Below, one piece after another: positions 37,818 to 51,429 of a DNA stretch of 64,000 nucleotides. The notes beneath the pieces are model-generated. The model saw only the letters and a program-made list of their open reading frames with translations. It did not search any database and was not told the origin of the DNA. The position numbers and the translations under genes are program-made. Origin of the DNA: Octopus sinensis (Eukaryota); assembly GCF_006345805.1 (NCBI RefSeq), contig NC_043007.1:25420001-25484000 (forward strand), in the 5' to 3' direction. Within the stretch, counting starts at the first letter, position 1, and the number at the start of each line of letters is the position of its first letter.

Positions 37818-38300
37818 CTTTTACTTATTTCACTCATTTGACTGCAGCCATGCTGGAGCGCTGCCTTTAGTCGAGCAAATCGACCCCAGGACTTATTCTT
37901 TGTAAGTACTTATTCTATCAGTCTCTTTGCCGAACCGCTAAGTTACGGGGATGTAAACACACCAGCATCGGTTGTCAAGCGATGTTGGGGGGGACAAACA
38001 CAGATACACACACACACACACACATACACAGGCACAGGAGTGGCTGTGTGGTAAGAAGCATCCTTCCCAACCACATGGGAAGCAAGCTTCATTCTTAATC
38101 ACAATATATCTTACTCATAAGGCAACATGCCAGAACCTTGTTGTGTTCCATCCAACAATGATTCATTTATGTGTCTGTATCTTTCATCCAGAACCAGCCT
38201 GCATGGCACCTTGGGCGAGTGTCTTCTGCTATAGCCTCAAGCTCACCAAAGCCTTGTGAGTGGATTTGGCAGACGAAAACTTAAAGAAGCCTGTCATGTG
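37818..38300. mobile_element. Rearranged SINE A: 3' half on minus, 5' half on plus carrying an inserted inverted copy of local DNA
   Basis: See finding at 37274-38202. Confidence 0.8.
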
Positions 38301-38498
38301 TGTGTGTGTGTGTATGAACCTAATGCAGCTCTCCAGCTTAATAGTTTTCACTCAAAACGTCCAATCCCTGCCAGCATGGAAAGCAGATGTTAAATGATGA
38401 TGATGATATATATACATACATACATATGTGTGTGTGTGTGTGTGTGTGTGTGTCTATATATACCTATATATAAGGTAGAAAAATAACACACATATATA

Positions 38499-38547
<49 letters not shown>

Positions 38548-38616
38548 GAAGGTAGAAAAGTAACATGTCTTATTTTCCTTTATATATATATATATATTAT
38601 ATATATATTATATATA

Positions 38617-40821
38617 TTGTTACTTGAAGCCTTTGACGAAGTGGAAGGGGGTATAGCTACACATGGGGTAGAAGACAACTGGACGTTTCTGAGGGACAAC
38701 CTGCTGAAAGCCACTGACCAGATCTGTGGCTGGTGCAAAGTCCCCTTAAGACCCAAAATAACGTGGTGGTGGAACAATATTGTTGACAGGGCTATTAGAC
38801 AAAAGAAACAGGCTTGGAAGGCCTGGAAGAACGGTGGTAGCAGGGAAGGGTATCAGACTGCCAGAAGGGAAGCTAGGAGACAGGTCTATCTAGCCAGAGG
38901 GGAAGCAGATAAGAGAAAATTTGCCAATGTCCTGCGCCCTGAGGATGAAAGACTTGAGGTATTTCGTGTTGCAAGACAGTGTGTGAGAGAGAATCGTGAT
39001 GTGGTAGGAGAGAAATGTGTTCGCATGGAGGATGGTTCACTTGCGCTAAATGAGGATGCAAAGAGAGAAGCTTGGAGACGCCACTATGAAAGGTTACTGA
39101 ATGAGGAAAATGAATGGGATAAAGAGAGTCTGCCGAATGTTGACCCTACAGAGGACCAGCTATCCGAGTTGATAGTTCCGTGGTAGCTAAGGCAATTAGA
39201 AGCATGAAGACAGGGAAAGCTCCAGGCCCATCAGGAATTACTGCAGAGATGCTCAAAATATCTGGCAGTGTCGGCTATAACCTAGTCACCCGTATAGTCA
39301 ACCAGGTGATACACGAAGGAGTCATACCCAATGATGGTGCAGCAGCATACTAGTCAACTGCTACAAAGGTAAAGGTGATGCCCTAGATACAAATAATTAC
39401 AGAGGTATCAAGCTGTTGGATCAAGTAATGAAGGTTACGGAGAGGGTCATAGCCCAACTAATTAGAGAGAGAGTTAGTTTAGATGAGATGCAGTTTGGGT
39501 TCGTGCCAGGAAAAAGTACCACTGATGCTATATTCCTGGTAAGGCAGCTGCAGGAGAAATACCTAGCCAAAGATAAGCCCCTGTACCTGGCTTTCGTTGA
39601 CATGGAGAAAGCTTTTGATAGGGTCCCCCGATCCCTTATCTGGTGGTCAATGAGGAAACTAGGGATAGATGAATGGCTGGTGAGGACTGTGCAAGCCATG
39701 TACAGAGATGCCGTAAGTAAGGTTAGGGTTGGCAACATGTACACAGAAGAATTCAAAGTAGAGGTTGGGGTCCACCAGGGTTCAGTACTCAGCCCCCTCC
39801 TATTTATCATAGTACTCCAGGCAATTACGGAGGAATTCAAGACAGGCTGTCCCTGGGAGCTCCTCTACGCTGACGACCTTGCTCTTATTGCTGAGTCACT
39901 ATCAGAACTGGAGGAGAAGTTCCAGGTGTGGAAGGAGGGTTTAGAATCAAGGGGCCTTAGAGTCAACCTAGCTAAAACCAAAGTACTAATAAGTAGAAAG
40001 GTAGACAATCCACAAATATCTTCAGGAAGATGGCCCTGCTCGATCTGTAGAAAAGGTGTAGGTAGAAACTCTATAAGATGTACCCAGTGTAAGCTATGGA
40101 CACATAAGAGGTGCAGCAATGTCAAAGGTAGGCTAACTGGGAAGATAGTTTTTGTATGTGGCAGATGCTCGGGAGCATTAACCTCCGAAAATCTGCAGAA
40201 AACAACTTCCGTCACTTTCCAGGGGGAAAAACTAGAAGTAGTTGATAGCTTCCGTTATCTAGGTGACCAAGTCAGTAGTGGGGGTGGGTGCGCTGAAAGT
40301 GTAACTGCTAGAATAAGAATAGCCTGGGCAAAGTTTAGGGAGCTCTTACCTCTGCTGGTGACTAAAGGCCTCTCGCTCAGAGTAAAAGGCAGACGTATGA
40401 TGCGTGTGTATGAACAGCCATGCTACATGGCAGCGAAACATGGGCTGTGACTGCTGAGGACATGCGTAAGCTCGTGAGGAATGAAGCCAGTATGCTCCGA
40501 TGGATGTGTAATGTCAGTGTACATACTCGACAGAGCGTTAGCACCTTGAGAGAAATGTTGTACCTAAGAAGCATCAGTTGTGGTGTGCAAGAGAGACGAT
40601 TGCGCTGGTATGGTCATGTGGCGAGAATGGATGAAGATAGGTGTGTGAGAAAGTGCCAATCCCTAGCAGTTGAGGGAACCCGTGGAAGAGGTAGACCCAG
40701 GAAAACCTGGGACGAGGTGGTGAAGCACGACCTTCGAACTTTAGGCCTCACTGAGGAAATGACCAGAGACCGAGACCTTTGGAAATATTCTGTACGTGAG
40801 AAGACCAGGCAGGACAAGTGA
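38617..40821 (+). pseudogene. RTE ORF2 (linker + reverse transcriptase + PHD finger + C-terminus), broken by three frameshifts
   Basis: ORF pieces 38617-39186, 39416-40450 and 40420-40821 join if single bases are restored near 39153, 39335 and 40396. Confidence 0.9.
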
Positions 40822-40904
40822 GCCCAGCCCACTTATGAATGCCTTTCCTCCCTTGGACACAAAGACGGTTGAGGCAAGCGAAGTCGATATAGAACCTCAT
40901 CCGA

Positions 40905-41520
40905 CGACAGACACCCATCCCAACCCCCCATGCTTGCGAAGACATGTTGGGGCAAGCGAAATCGAAATCGAAATCGAAACCGAATTGAACCAGCCAGGAT
41001 CCCTGGCCTGGTGGTACGTAAAAAGCACTATCCGACTCGGGGCCGTGGCACGTAAAATACTCCAATGCGACCGTACGACAGGCACCCATGCCAACCCCCT
41101 TTGCTTGTGAAGACATGTTGGGGCAAGCGAAATCGAAATCGAATTGAACCAGCCAGGATCCCTGGTCTGGTGGTACGTAAAAAGCACTATCCGACTCGTG
41201 GCCGTGGCACGTAAAATACTCCAATGCGACCGTACGACAGGCACCCTTGCCAACCCCCTTTGCTTGTGAAGACATGTTGGGGCAAGCGAAATCGAAATCG
41301 AATGAACCAGCCAGGATCCCTGGTCTGGTGGTACGTAAAAAGCACTATCCGACTCGTGGCCGTGGCACGTAAAATACTCCAATGCGACCGTATGACAGGC
41401 ACCCTTGCCAACCCCCTTTGCTTGTGAAGACATGTTGGGGCAAGCGAAATCGAAATCGAATTGAACCAGCCAGGATCCCTGGTCTGGTGGTACGTAAAAA
41501 GCACTATCCGACTCGTGGCC
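40905..41520 (+). repeat. ~159-bp tandem repeat (~3.8 copies) in RTE 3' UTR
   Basis: gaagacatgttggggcaagcgaaatcg at 40938, 41109, 41268 and 41426. Confidence 0.92.
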
Positions 41521-43901
41521 GATGCCAGCACCGCCTCGACTGGCTTCCGTGCCGGTGGCACATAAAATACACCAATCTGACCGTGGCCGTTGCCAGCCCC
41601 GCCTGGCACCTGTGCAGGTGGCACGTAAAAAGCACCCACTACACTCACGGAGTGGTTGGCATTAGGAAGGGCATCCAGCTGTAGAAACATTGCCAAATTA
41701 GACTGGAGCCTGGTGCAGCCTTCTGGCTTCCCAGAACCCCGGTCGAACCGTCCAACCCATGCTAGCATGGAGAACGGACGTTAAACGACGATGATGATGA
41801 TGATGATGATTTATTTACACATACAATGAGCTTTCAGTTGCCATCTACTAAATTCACTGACAAATTTTTTGTTGTCTTGGGGCAATACTAGAAAACACTT
41901 GCCCAAGGTGCTGTGTGGTGGGATTGAACCCCAAACCACATGGTTGTGACAACAATAGAATTAAATATGCAATTGACTCAAAATGTTTTTACATATAATT
42001 AGCCTATATATCACAATTGTTTGAAGAGCCCCTGACAGCCTCTCACGAAACCCTTGGCTTCTGTTGAACCCCAGATAGGAAATGCTGATCTACTGTTTTA
42101 GTGTCTTCAATGGGCAGTGGTTATCAGTAAAGGAAGTGGACAGAATGCAAACAATATTTGTAAATAAATCATTGAAAGTTGATTTATTCTGTTTCTTCAA
42201 CCCTCTTCCGTTATTCAATCAATGTTATTCACATGTAGAAATACTGTTTTATTAATGGCTCTTGGAGAGATTGTCATAATTATTGATATTATTCAGGTCT
42301 TTTCTATTGTCAGTATAGATTTTTCTCCCACCTCCTGCTCTCCCCTCCTCTTGCTCTCCCCTCCCCTTGCTCTCCCCTCCCCCTGCTCTCTCTCTCTGTC
42401 TCATTCTCTCTTTTACTCTCTCTCTCTCTCTCCATTATGCCTAGCTGCTAATTTCTGCTGTTTGCTGTTTATTGGGCAATCATTGACTGTTTTTTGTTCG
42501 TTGATTGTTTAATTACAAATAAAGCATCTCTTATTAAATCACATGCTTATCTGCATATCAGGAGAAGCTTCACGTGCTTATTCTTCAATCCACATACATT
42601 ACAAATCCATATGCCTGTTTATGATAATTGCAAACTTTATGCATGATATCACTGTTAACATAACTCGGTTGCTTGTCATGTCTGTGGAGGAAGTGTTTGC
42701 TTTCTACTACACTTTCATTTACAAACACGAATCAGTCTGATTGCCACCATGGCACACAAACTTTACCGATTTTTCTCTAATTATTATTTTTTTTTGCCAA
42801 CCCAGACCACCTCAAGTTTCATTGGGCCCTAGTTTTTATTTTATTCTATTCTGGGTGTGTCAGCTTTTCTTTGTTTACTTAAATAAATGATGATGATGAT
42901 GGTGATGAAGATGACCTTCTTTAAATGCAACAGAATCCTTTTAACACATGTTGTTAGGAAATATTATACAATCAAATATTTAACATTATTTTTTTTTTTA
43001 TTACCAAAGAAAACCAAGGCAGAGGGGGTAGTACCCATGATCTTTGCTGGTCCTGCTTTATTGGTAGTGGGGTTGCTGTTTAGCCTGAGCATTTGCAAGA
43101 AAAACAAGGGTAGGTTGGTATGCAAGGGCCTGAGGTGCTTGCTCTGAATTCTTACAACAGAATAACCTCCATTGAAAACACCCAAATCCCAGATGATGGT
43201 GTTACATTGGACAGCAAACCTATCTCCCAGAAATAGATCGATCACCCAAACCAGACCAACCGCCGAAAAATAGACTTACCAGCTGTATATATAAATCTAT
43301 AATAAGTAGAATTTGAGATGCTTAAACTTACCTCTATTTATTAGTGCATATGTACTTTTCCAGTTTCTATACAAGCCTTATAAATAACATTTCCTTTTAC
43401 ATCCATTGTCAAATTCTTATCGTAAATGTCAATCTTAAAAAAAAAAACCAAACAAACCAAAAAAAAAAACACTTATAGGTAAAGGCGTAGCTGTGTGGTA
43501 AGAAGCTTGCTTCCCAACTACATTGTTCTGGGTTCAATTCCTCTGTGTGGAACTTTTAGCAAGTATCTTCTCTTAGAGCCTTGGGCGAACCAAAGCTGTG
43601 TAAGTGGATTTGGAAGAGAGAAACTTAAAGAAGCCTGTCATATAAAAATAAAAGATCAGAAAAAGTGATAGAGAGCAAAATTGTTTTTTTTTCCCAAAAG
43701 AGTTCCCATATTTTAAACTTATCTTTTAAAAATTTGGTACACCGTATTCATTTACTTGTGGATAGGTCGTACCAGTGGATAGGTTGCACCCTTGGTTTGG
43801 GGTTGTCAGAGTAGGCATTTGCGGTTGACTTGTAATTATAATTATAACTAATATTTATTAAATATGCACCTTTATTTCAAAACTTTGCTTACAAAATTAT
43901 A

Positions 43902-44303
43902 GGTGCAGGAGTGGCTGTGTGGTAAGTAGCTTGCTTACCAACCACATGGTTCTAGGCTCAGTCCCACTGTGTGGCACCTTGGGCAAGTGTCTTCTACTAT
44001 AGCCTCAGGCCAACCAAAGCCTTGTAAGTGGATTTGGTAGACAGAAACAGAAGGAAGCCCCTTGTATATATGCATATATATATATGTTTGTGTCTGTGTT
44101 TGTCCCCCCAGCATTGCTTGACAATCGATGCTAGTGTGTTTACATCCCCGTAACTTAGCGGTTCGGCAAAAGAGACCGATAGAATAAGTACTAGGCTTAC
44201 AAAGAATAAGTTCTGGGATCGACTTGCTCAACTAGAGGCGGTGCTCCAGCATGGCCGCAGTCAAATGACTGAAACAATTAAGAGAGTAAAAGAGTAAAAG
44301 AGT
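43902..44303 (+). mobile_element. Full-length SINE A
   Basis: Complete head to (agagtaaa)n tail; flanked by acaaaatta / acaaatatta (degraded TSD). Confidence 0.92.
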
Positions 44304-45668
44304 TACAAATATTAAAACATTTTTGTGGAAGTGACTTTATGAAAGTAGCCTAATTGATAAATCAACTCGACTATTGATATGCTCTGTCTTCTTCAGATCC
44401 CTGTGATGTCAAGGGGTAGGTCACACCCCTGATTTTTATTGAAATTTTTGGTAAAAATTGTGACCTATCTGCAAGTATATACAGTAGACAATTCAGGCAG
44501 TATTAAATTTAAATACTCATATATATGACAGGCTTCTTTCAGTTTCCATCTATCAAATCCACTCACAAAGCTTTTAGTTGGTCTGTGGCTATAGTAGAGT
44601 AATCTGAATGGTAAAGTATAAAACATAAAGAAAAAAAAGATGAATGCATTTTAGATAGTAAAATTTTATACATGGTTTTTTGGGTGGTGGGAATGGGGTG
44701 GAAACGGTAGATGTGATTGTCGCAATCATTATGTCTTTGATGGTAGGCCTACTGGATCAAGTACTGAACAGGGGGGGGGGTGCTAAATATAATAACTATC
44801 TTGTCAAAACCCACAGATTATATCTGATTAATTGTTTAACTTCTAAACTTTCCAACTCCATTCCTTGGTCATTTCATTTTGTCCAATATAGACACACAGA
44901 CTGTAAATAAACAAACCTAAATACTCTTTTCCTTTCTGTAATTTCAGACACGTGCTTTGCAAGACCCTCTCCTTTTAGTTCTTACCACTATTCATAACCC
45001 TCCAGTATTTTCATGCGAAGGTTTTTAAGTATACAATAGTCCTTGAATGCTAAATTTCTAGTTAAGTGCCACATTCTTCACATTGGCAGAAAGTATCAAT
45101 TTCACTTGAAATATGGTGAAGCAAAGCTTTTATGTATTTCTTGGGGGAAATTAGTAAAACCTGAAGGATATCTTATTCAAATTATAACAGCCTGGTTAGG
45201 TATAGGCTTTCCCTTTGTGCATGTGTGCATATGTGTGTATGTGTGTGTGTGTGCATGCATGTGTATGTGGCTGTGTACATGCGTGTGTTTGTGTGTATTC
45301 ATATATGTATGTGTGTGTATTTGTATTATATATATAATTATATAGTAATGTGGGTGCCTAACACATCTGGGTATATGTTATATAATGGCTAAACACAATC
45401 TGATATAGTTAGAGGAGAATCTGTACAATGAAACTTTATAAGCAACTGTCACACACACACATATGTGTGTGTGTGTGTAGAAACACTGCCAGATCTGACT
45501 GGACTGGTGCAGCTTTCGGGCTCCCCAGACCCCAGTTGAACCGTCCAACCCATGCTGGCATGGAAAGCGGACGTTAAATGATGATGATGATGATGATGAT
45601 ATGTGTATATATATGTGTGTATGTATATATATATATATATATATATGATATGTATATATATATATATT

Positions 45669-45699
<31 letters not shown>

Positions 45700-46140
45700 G
45701 TGTGTATGTATATATATATTTATTTATTTATTTATTATGCTGGAATATCTTTTACACATATATTATGCATAACACAGAATGAATTAGAAAACTGAAATAA
45801 ATGGGAGTATTTGAAAGGAATAACTGAGCGGAAATTCATTCTGCCCTGTTGTTGTGTTGTAAGAGGGATCTTCTTTTTTCCCTACATCAGAAGTGTAGAA
45901 CAAATATGTTTGCATCCTTACAATTTTACTTCTCGCAGCTGAGGCTTTCATATGTATATATGTGTGTGTGTGTGAGTGTGTGAGAGAGAGAGAGAGAGAG
46001 AGATTAAATAGTTCACTTTACAACCAGATGGTTCCAGGTTCATTTTTACTGAGCTGCATTTTAGACACAGCCTGAAGTCATCAAAAGCCTTGTGAGTGAA
46101 ATTTGGTTGAGAGAAACAGCCTGGAACCTTATCAGATGTA

Positions 46141-47380
46141 CAGGGTGGGCAGAGAGGACGGACATTTTTGAAAAATTCACAAAATCATTGATTTTTAGGT
46201 GCAAACGAATTTTATTGACATCAATGTGTTTGTATTGAATTTGCATTTGTGAAAATCAGGTGTGGAAAACAACATCCATCATGTGGTGTCCATTTTCATT
46301 GATGTATTTCTGAAAGCATTCTTGGAAGTTTGCTTCCATTCTCTCCTGTATTGCTCTTTCAATTTGGGCAACTCCCACGCCAGTAGCTTCCTTCAAATCA
46401 TCCAATGTATGGGGCTTATGCACATACACATGTGCCTTGAGGTTTCCCCACAAGAAATAATCACTGAAGTGTGGTTGTTGCCAGTGCTGCCTGACTGGCT
46501 CTCATGCCAGTGGCATGTAAAAAGCACCCACTACACTCTCAAAGTGGTTGGCATTAGGAAGGGCGTCCAGCTGTAGAAACTTTGCCAGACCAGATTGAGC
46601 CTGGTGCAGCCTCTGGCTCACCAGTCCTCAATCAAACTGTCCAACCCATGCCAGCATGGAAAGCAGATGTTAAGCAATGGTGATGATGATGATAATGGAT
46701 AAATCAGGGGATTGAGGGGTCCAAGGAATGTCAGCAATCCTGGAAATGAGGCGGTCACTGTAGAGAGGGTGAAGAATGTCCATTGATGCTCTGGTTATGT
46801 GGGTAGTTGTCCCATTCTGGTGGAACCACACACGTCGAATAGGCATACATTTTCATCGTAATTCAGGCACAAAAAAGTTGTTTATCATCTCAATGTAATG
46901 TTTGGAGTTCACAGTTACAGCATTTCTCATTTCCATTATTGTCTTCTGAAAAGTAAGGACCGATGATGGCAGCTTTTCCAACAGCACAACAGACCGTCAC
47001 TTTTGGGCTGTGCAGTGGTCCTTCATGGAGTTCTCTTGCATTTTCAAGAGCCCAACAACGACAGTTCTGTTGACTCACCATGCCATTGAAATGAAAATGA
47101 GCTTCATCACTCATTTACAAAATGAGGTTGTCTTTTGCCTAAAAAATTGCTTCCATCTGATGTGCAAAGTTAAGCCATTGTGCAGAGTCCCCTGCTTTCA
47201 ACCAATTTGTGCAGGTGGAAATGCAGATTTTCATACAAAATACACCTTACCGATTGATTACCGATGCCAAGTTCAGTGGAATGCCTCTGAACAGAGTGAT
47301 TCAGACTCCATATCAAAGCTTGTCTGACATGTTCTACATCTTCTGGGGTCCGTACCATTTATATCTTGGGAGAGGGGGGT
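46141..47380 (-). pseudogene. Tc1/mariner superfamily DD41D (rosa/VS-type) transposon relic
   Basis: Minus-strand motifs SDEAHF, HEGPLHSPKVTV, WFHQNG (decayed QQDG), PWTPQSPDLS..DYFLWG; 41 residues between the 2nd and 3rd catalytic positions after removing the insert; TA-cagggtgg terminus at 46141. Confidence 0.85.
46465..46693 (+). mobile_element. RTE tail inserted into the DD41D transposase
   Basis: Splits SPDLS from DYFLWG. Confidence 0.85.
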
Positions 47381-47922
47381 TGTCTTAGAGCCTGGAAAAG
47401 GCTGATTTTTCATAGTTAGAACACCTTAGCTTATATGTCTGCTTCAACTTAGTAGGGTTAAGTGACAGCAATAACAGCAATGTTTTCTCTCTCAAGAGAA
47501 AGCATAAGTGTTATCATTTTATGTAAATAGACATGTTCTGCTGATTAACTGGGCTATTTTTGACATCGTTTCATCCATATCATGACCATATTTCTGATTA
47601 AATGCACTGCCTTTGTTTCAGTTACTATCGAAATTTATGAAAATTATTTTAATAAAATAGTGTTGTCATTATTAAAATGGTGTTTGAAACATAAATTAAC
47701 ATGAAATTTTAATGGAAAGTTCTAATGTAAATCACTTCAAACCGGGAAAGTTTGTATCATAGAACTAAGGCCAGTCTCAGGTGGGTTGGTATCAAAAGGG
47801 TTAAATCATAATGTCTGTTTTTTTTTCTGTTTTTTTTTTGGTAATTTTCCTAGTCTTTGAGCAGTTGCTGACATTACATTTCAATCAGTCTTCTTTCTTG
47901 TCATCGTCAAATATTATCCTTA

Positions 47923-48342
47923 AGGCGGCGAGCTGGCAGAATCGTTAGCACACCGGGTGAAATGTCTAGCGGTATTTCGTCTGCTGTTACGTTCTGAGTT
48001 CAAATTCCGCTGAGGTCGACTTTGCCTTTCATCCTTTCGGGGTCGATTAAATAAGTACCAGTTACAGACTGGGGTCGATATAATCGACTTAATCCGTTTG
48101 TTTGTCCTTGTTTGTCTTCTCTGCGTTTAGCCCCTTGTGGGTAGTAAAGAAATAGGTATTTCGTCTGCCATTACATTCTGAGTTCAAATTCCGCTGAGGT
48201 CGACTTTGCCTTTCATCCTTTCGGGGTCGATTAAATAAGTACCAGTTACGCACTGAAGTTGATATAATCGACTTAATCCGTTTGTCTGTCCTTGTTTGTC
48301 TCCTCTGTGTTTAGCCCCTTGTGGGTAGTAAAGAAGTAGGTA
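47923..48342 (+). mobile_element. SINE B with head-to-tail 184-bp duplicated body
   Basis: ggtattt at 47971 and 48155; flanks tattatcct / tattattcct. Confidence 0.92.
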
Positions 48343-48479
48343 TTATTCCTGATCTTGGCCAGGGATTGAATGGTGACTCATTTATTTTACCAACTGGGTC
48401 TGGTGTTCAGACCACCGACAACAACGTTATCCCCCTGGACAATAATGTTATTTCATGTTAATAAGGCGTTAGACTTAAA

Positions 48480-48790
48480 AATGCACAGCTTTGTGGTTAG
48501 GGTATTTGGCTTCCAATCATAAGGTCATGAGTTCAATTCCTGGCAGCATGTTGTGTCCTTGAGCAACACACTTCATTTCACGTTGCTCCAGTTCAATCAG
48601 CTGGCAAAAATGAGACGTACCTGTATTTCAAAAGGCCAGCCTTGTCGCATTCCGTGTCATGCTGAATCTCTAAGAATTACATTAAGAGTATGCATATCTG
48701 TGGAGTGCTCAGCCACCCTTATGTTAATTTCACGAGCAGGCTGATCCGTTGATTAGATGAACTGGAGTTCTTGTTGTTGTAAGAAACGCA
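48480..48790 (+). mobile_element. SINE family C variant
   Basis: gtggttaggg...gagttcaattcc...gtccttgagcaacac. Confidence 0.75.
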
Positions 48791-49224
48791 ATGCCAATTA
48801 TAATGTGTTAGGCATAAGTATCTGTCTCCCTGTTTTGTGTGAAGGGAGGGAGATTATGTGGCGATAGTTAGGTAACTTAAGATTACATAACTACATCCAT
48901 CAGGAACAATAGCAGGTACACTTGTTAAATTAAAGGTAAAGGTTCAATTAATTTATCAATGGCATTATCAATATTTTTAATGGTACCCAGCATAAGTTAG
49001 GAATATCAGATGAAGATATTGGAGGAAATAATGACTACAATCAAAGGCGTTCCAGCCATGATCATCCTGTCTTTTTTTCCTCAGCTAAATGAGCCCAGAA
49101 CTACTTTATCTAACATGTCCTTCTTTTCAACTATGGTCAGTGGTGACTTGGAGATTTGCCTAGTTGAGTGAATTACATTGAGGCTTCCTTCTTAGTTCCA
49201 ATATCATGCAGCAGCAGCAGCAGT

Positions 49225-49545
49225 GGAGGCGCAATGGCCCAATGGTTGGAGGATCGTGGTTTCGATTCCCAGACCGGGCGTTGTGTGTGTTTATTGAGTG
49301 AAAACACCTAAAGCTCCACGAGGCTCCTGCAGGGGGGTGAGGGTGGCGACCCCTGTTGTACTCTTTCGTTCCAACTTCTCTCACTCTTTCTTCCTGTTTC
49401 TTGTCCCCGACTTCCTTTGCAACTGCTCTCGGTGTTGGGGTTTGACCTGCTTTCTCTTCTGTGGGTCTTACGAATAGCAAAGGACCACGTTTTGGACTTC
49501 TCCCACTGGGACGAAGACCACTACGCTCAACAACAACAACAACAA
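49225..49545 (+). mobile_element. tRNA-type SINE, fourth family, (CAA)n tail
   Basis: ggaggcgcaatggcccaatggtt...ggtttcgattccc boxes; CpG-rich body; inserted in (CAG)n. Confidence 0.65.
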
Positions 49546-50522
49546 AAGCAGCAGCAGCAGCAACCGTTCATGAATTTGGACCTGGACATCTCCATTTCCA
49601 GCAACTTCGAGGGCCACCTCCCAGTGGTGTTGGGTGTCAATGAAGAGCCCTCGACTACAACAAGACGACCAAAGTTTTTTTTTTTCCAAGATCTGGGGTC
49701 CCCCACCCCTAAGCCCTAGACCATCACCTAATCACCCTTACACATCTTGTTGCTTAACAACAACAACAACAGCAGCAGTAGTAGTTGTCGTTGTTGTCGT
49801 CATAGTAGTTGTAGTATTAGTATTAGTAGTTGTGGTAGTAGTAGCAGTAGTTGTTGTCCTGTGTTAAGTTTTTGGAATACATAAGTTAATTTGAAAGAGA
49901 AGAATTTCAAAGCAAGCTGTTTAAACATAAGCAAGTAAGTGTTTTCCATAGCTCTCCCCAAGCCTGGCTGTTTATTGTTATGAAGGTGACAGCTTTATAG
50001 ATATAATTTAGACCTGAAATTTCCTTCTGGATGTCCGCTGACTTTTATATGCCTCTTTCAAGTATTTGACTGTGTTATAAAATACAGATAACAGTTGTTA
50101 CAGGTGTGATAGTCGGTATTTATCCTTTCTACCTGGTTTCTTTTATAGTCTCCAGAATAGATAAACTTTATGCTGTCGTAACAGTTTGTGTGCAAAACCA
50201 CATGAGCTGTTGTAGTATATTGTTGTCACCTGCTGGAAATAACAGCCTAACCTCTCTTGTCGCTTCACGCTATCTGAGGAAAAAAACAAAAAGAATGCAT
50301 TATACGACATGTGTCAGATGCATTTACAGCCACAGTATGTAGTTTGTCCTTTCTAAGTAAGACAGTAGGATGTTGCTGTGAGAGAGCTTTGGTTGTTATA
50401 TCTGAAAGATCCAGCAGCTACACAAAGACTGCACCTTGTTGGTGAATTTGGTAGATGGTAACTGTGTGGAAGCCTATTGTTTGTGTGTGTGAGTGAGTGT
50501 GTATGTGTGTGTATGCATGCAC

Positions 50523-50566
<44 letters not shown>

Positions 50567-50663
50567 GTGCATGCACACACACACACACACACACATGTCT
50601 ATAAATGCATACACACCCATGTATATACACACATACATACATACATATATATATATATATATC

Positions 50664-50860
50664 ATTTGTTTCAGTCATTTGACTGCGGCCATGCTGGAGC
50701 ACCGCCTTTAGTCGAGCAAATCGACCTCAGGACTTATTCTTTGTAAGCCTAGTTCTTATTCTATCGGTCTCTTTTGCCGAACTGCTAAGTTAGGGGGGGA
50801 CATAAACATACCAGCATCAGTTGTCAAGCAATGTTGGGGGGGGGGGACAAGCACAGATAC
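50664..50860 (-). mobile_element. SINE A 3' half
   Basis: Matches consensus. Confidence 0.85.
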
Positions 50861-51429
50861 ACAAAAAGTAGAAGTTAAAAAAAAAATAAAAGATATATAT
50901 CTCATCTTTATCTCTCTCTTATTTGCCCTTGTATGAAATACAGTTGTCACATTTGGGTTGTCTAGTTGCAGGTGTTCTTACCTTGATTGAATTGAGACCC
51001 CTCCCTCTCACTGCCAAAGCATTAACTTGTTATCTCTGTTCTATGCATACTTTTATGGTCTCTGTTTTACTGAACTTGTCCTGTATCACCTCTTAAGGTT
51101 TACTAATCAAATGACTAATACTGATCTTTTCATGGTTGTCCCCACTTGTAAGAAGTGTTTTCTACTTTTCTAGTTTCTTTTCTCAAGCATTTATCATGTA
51201 GAGCTGATTTTTTAAAATTTTTGTTTCCCAGATGAATATGATCTTTGTTCTTTTAAATCTTGCTTTGATCATTTCATGATTCATAGGACAGCCATTTATA
51301 ATTTTCTTTTTTTGTTTTTCTTTCTTTTCCTTTTGTAACTCTCAACATTCTTAGTAGGTTGCTTGAGGCCTGTTTTACTGCTGGTTGTCACCTTGTTGGG
51401 AGTGACGTACAATAAAAAGAAATTTGTGT

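Larger units (their letters stand above)
38617..41810 (+). mobile_element. 5'-truncated RTE-clade non-LTR retrotransposon (LINE)
   Basis: RT motifs QFGF, FVDMEKAFD, GVHQGSVLSPLLF, YADD, FRYLG; RTE C-terminus RLRWYGHV...RGRGRPRKTW; ~1-kb 3' UTR; (GAT)n tail; no endonuclease domain (truncated). Confidence 0.95.

Noticed and set aside
40748-41768. 175-193-aa repetitive ORFs
   Set aside because: Antisense or incidental translations of the RTE 3' UTR tandem repeat
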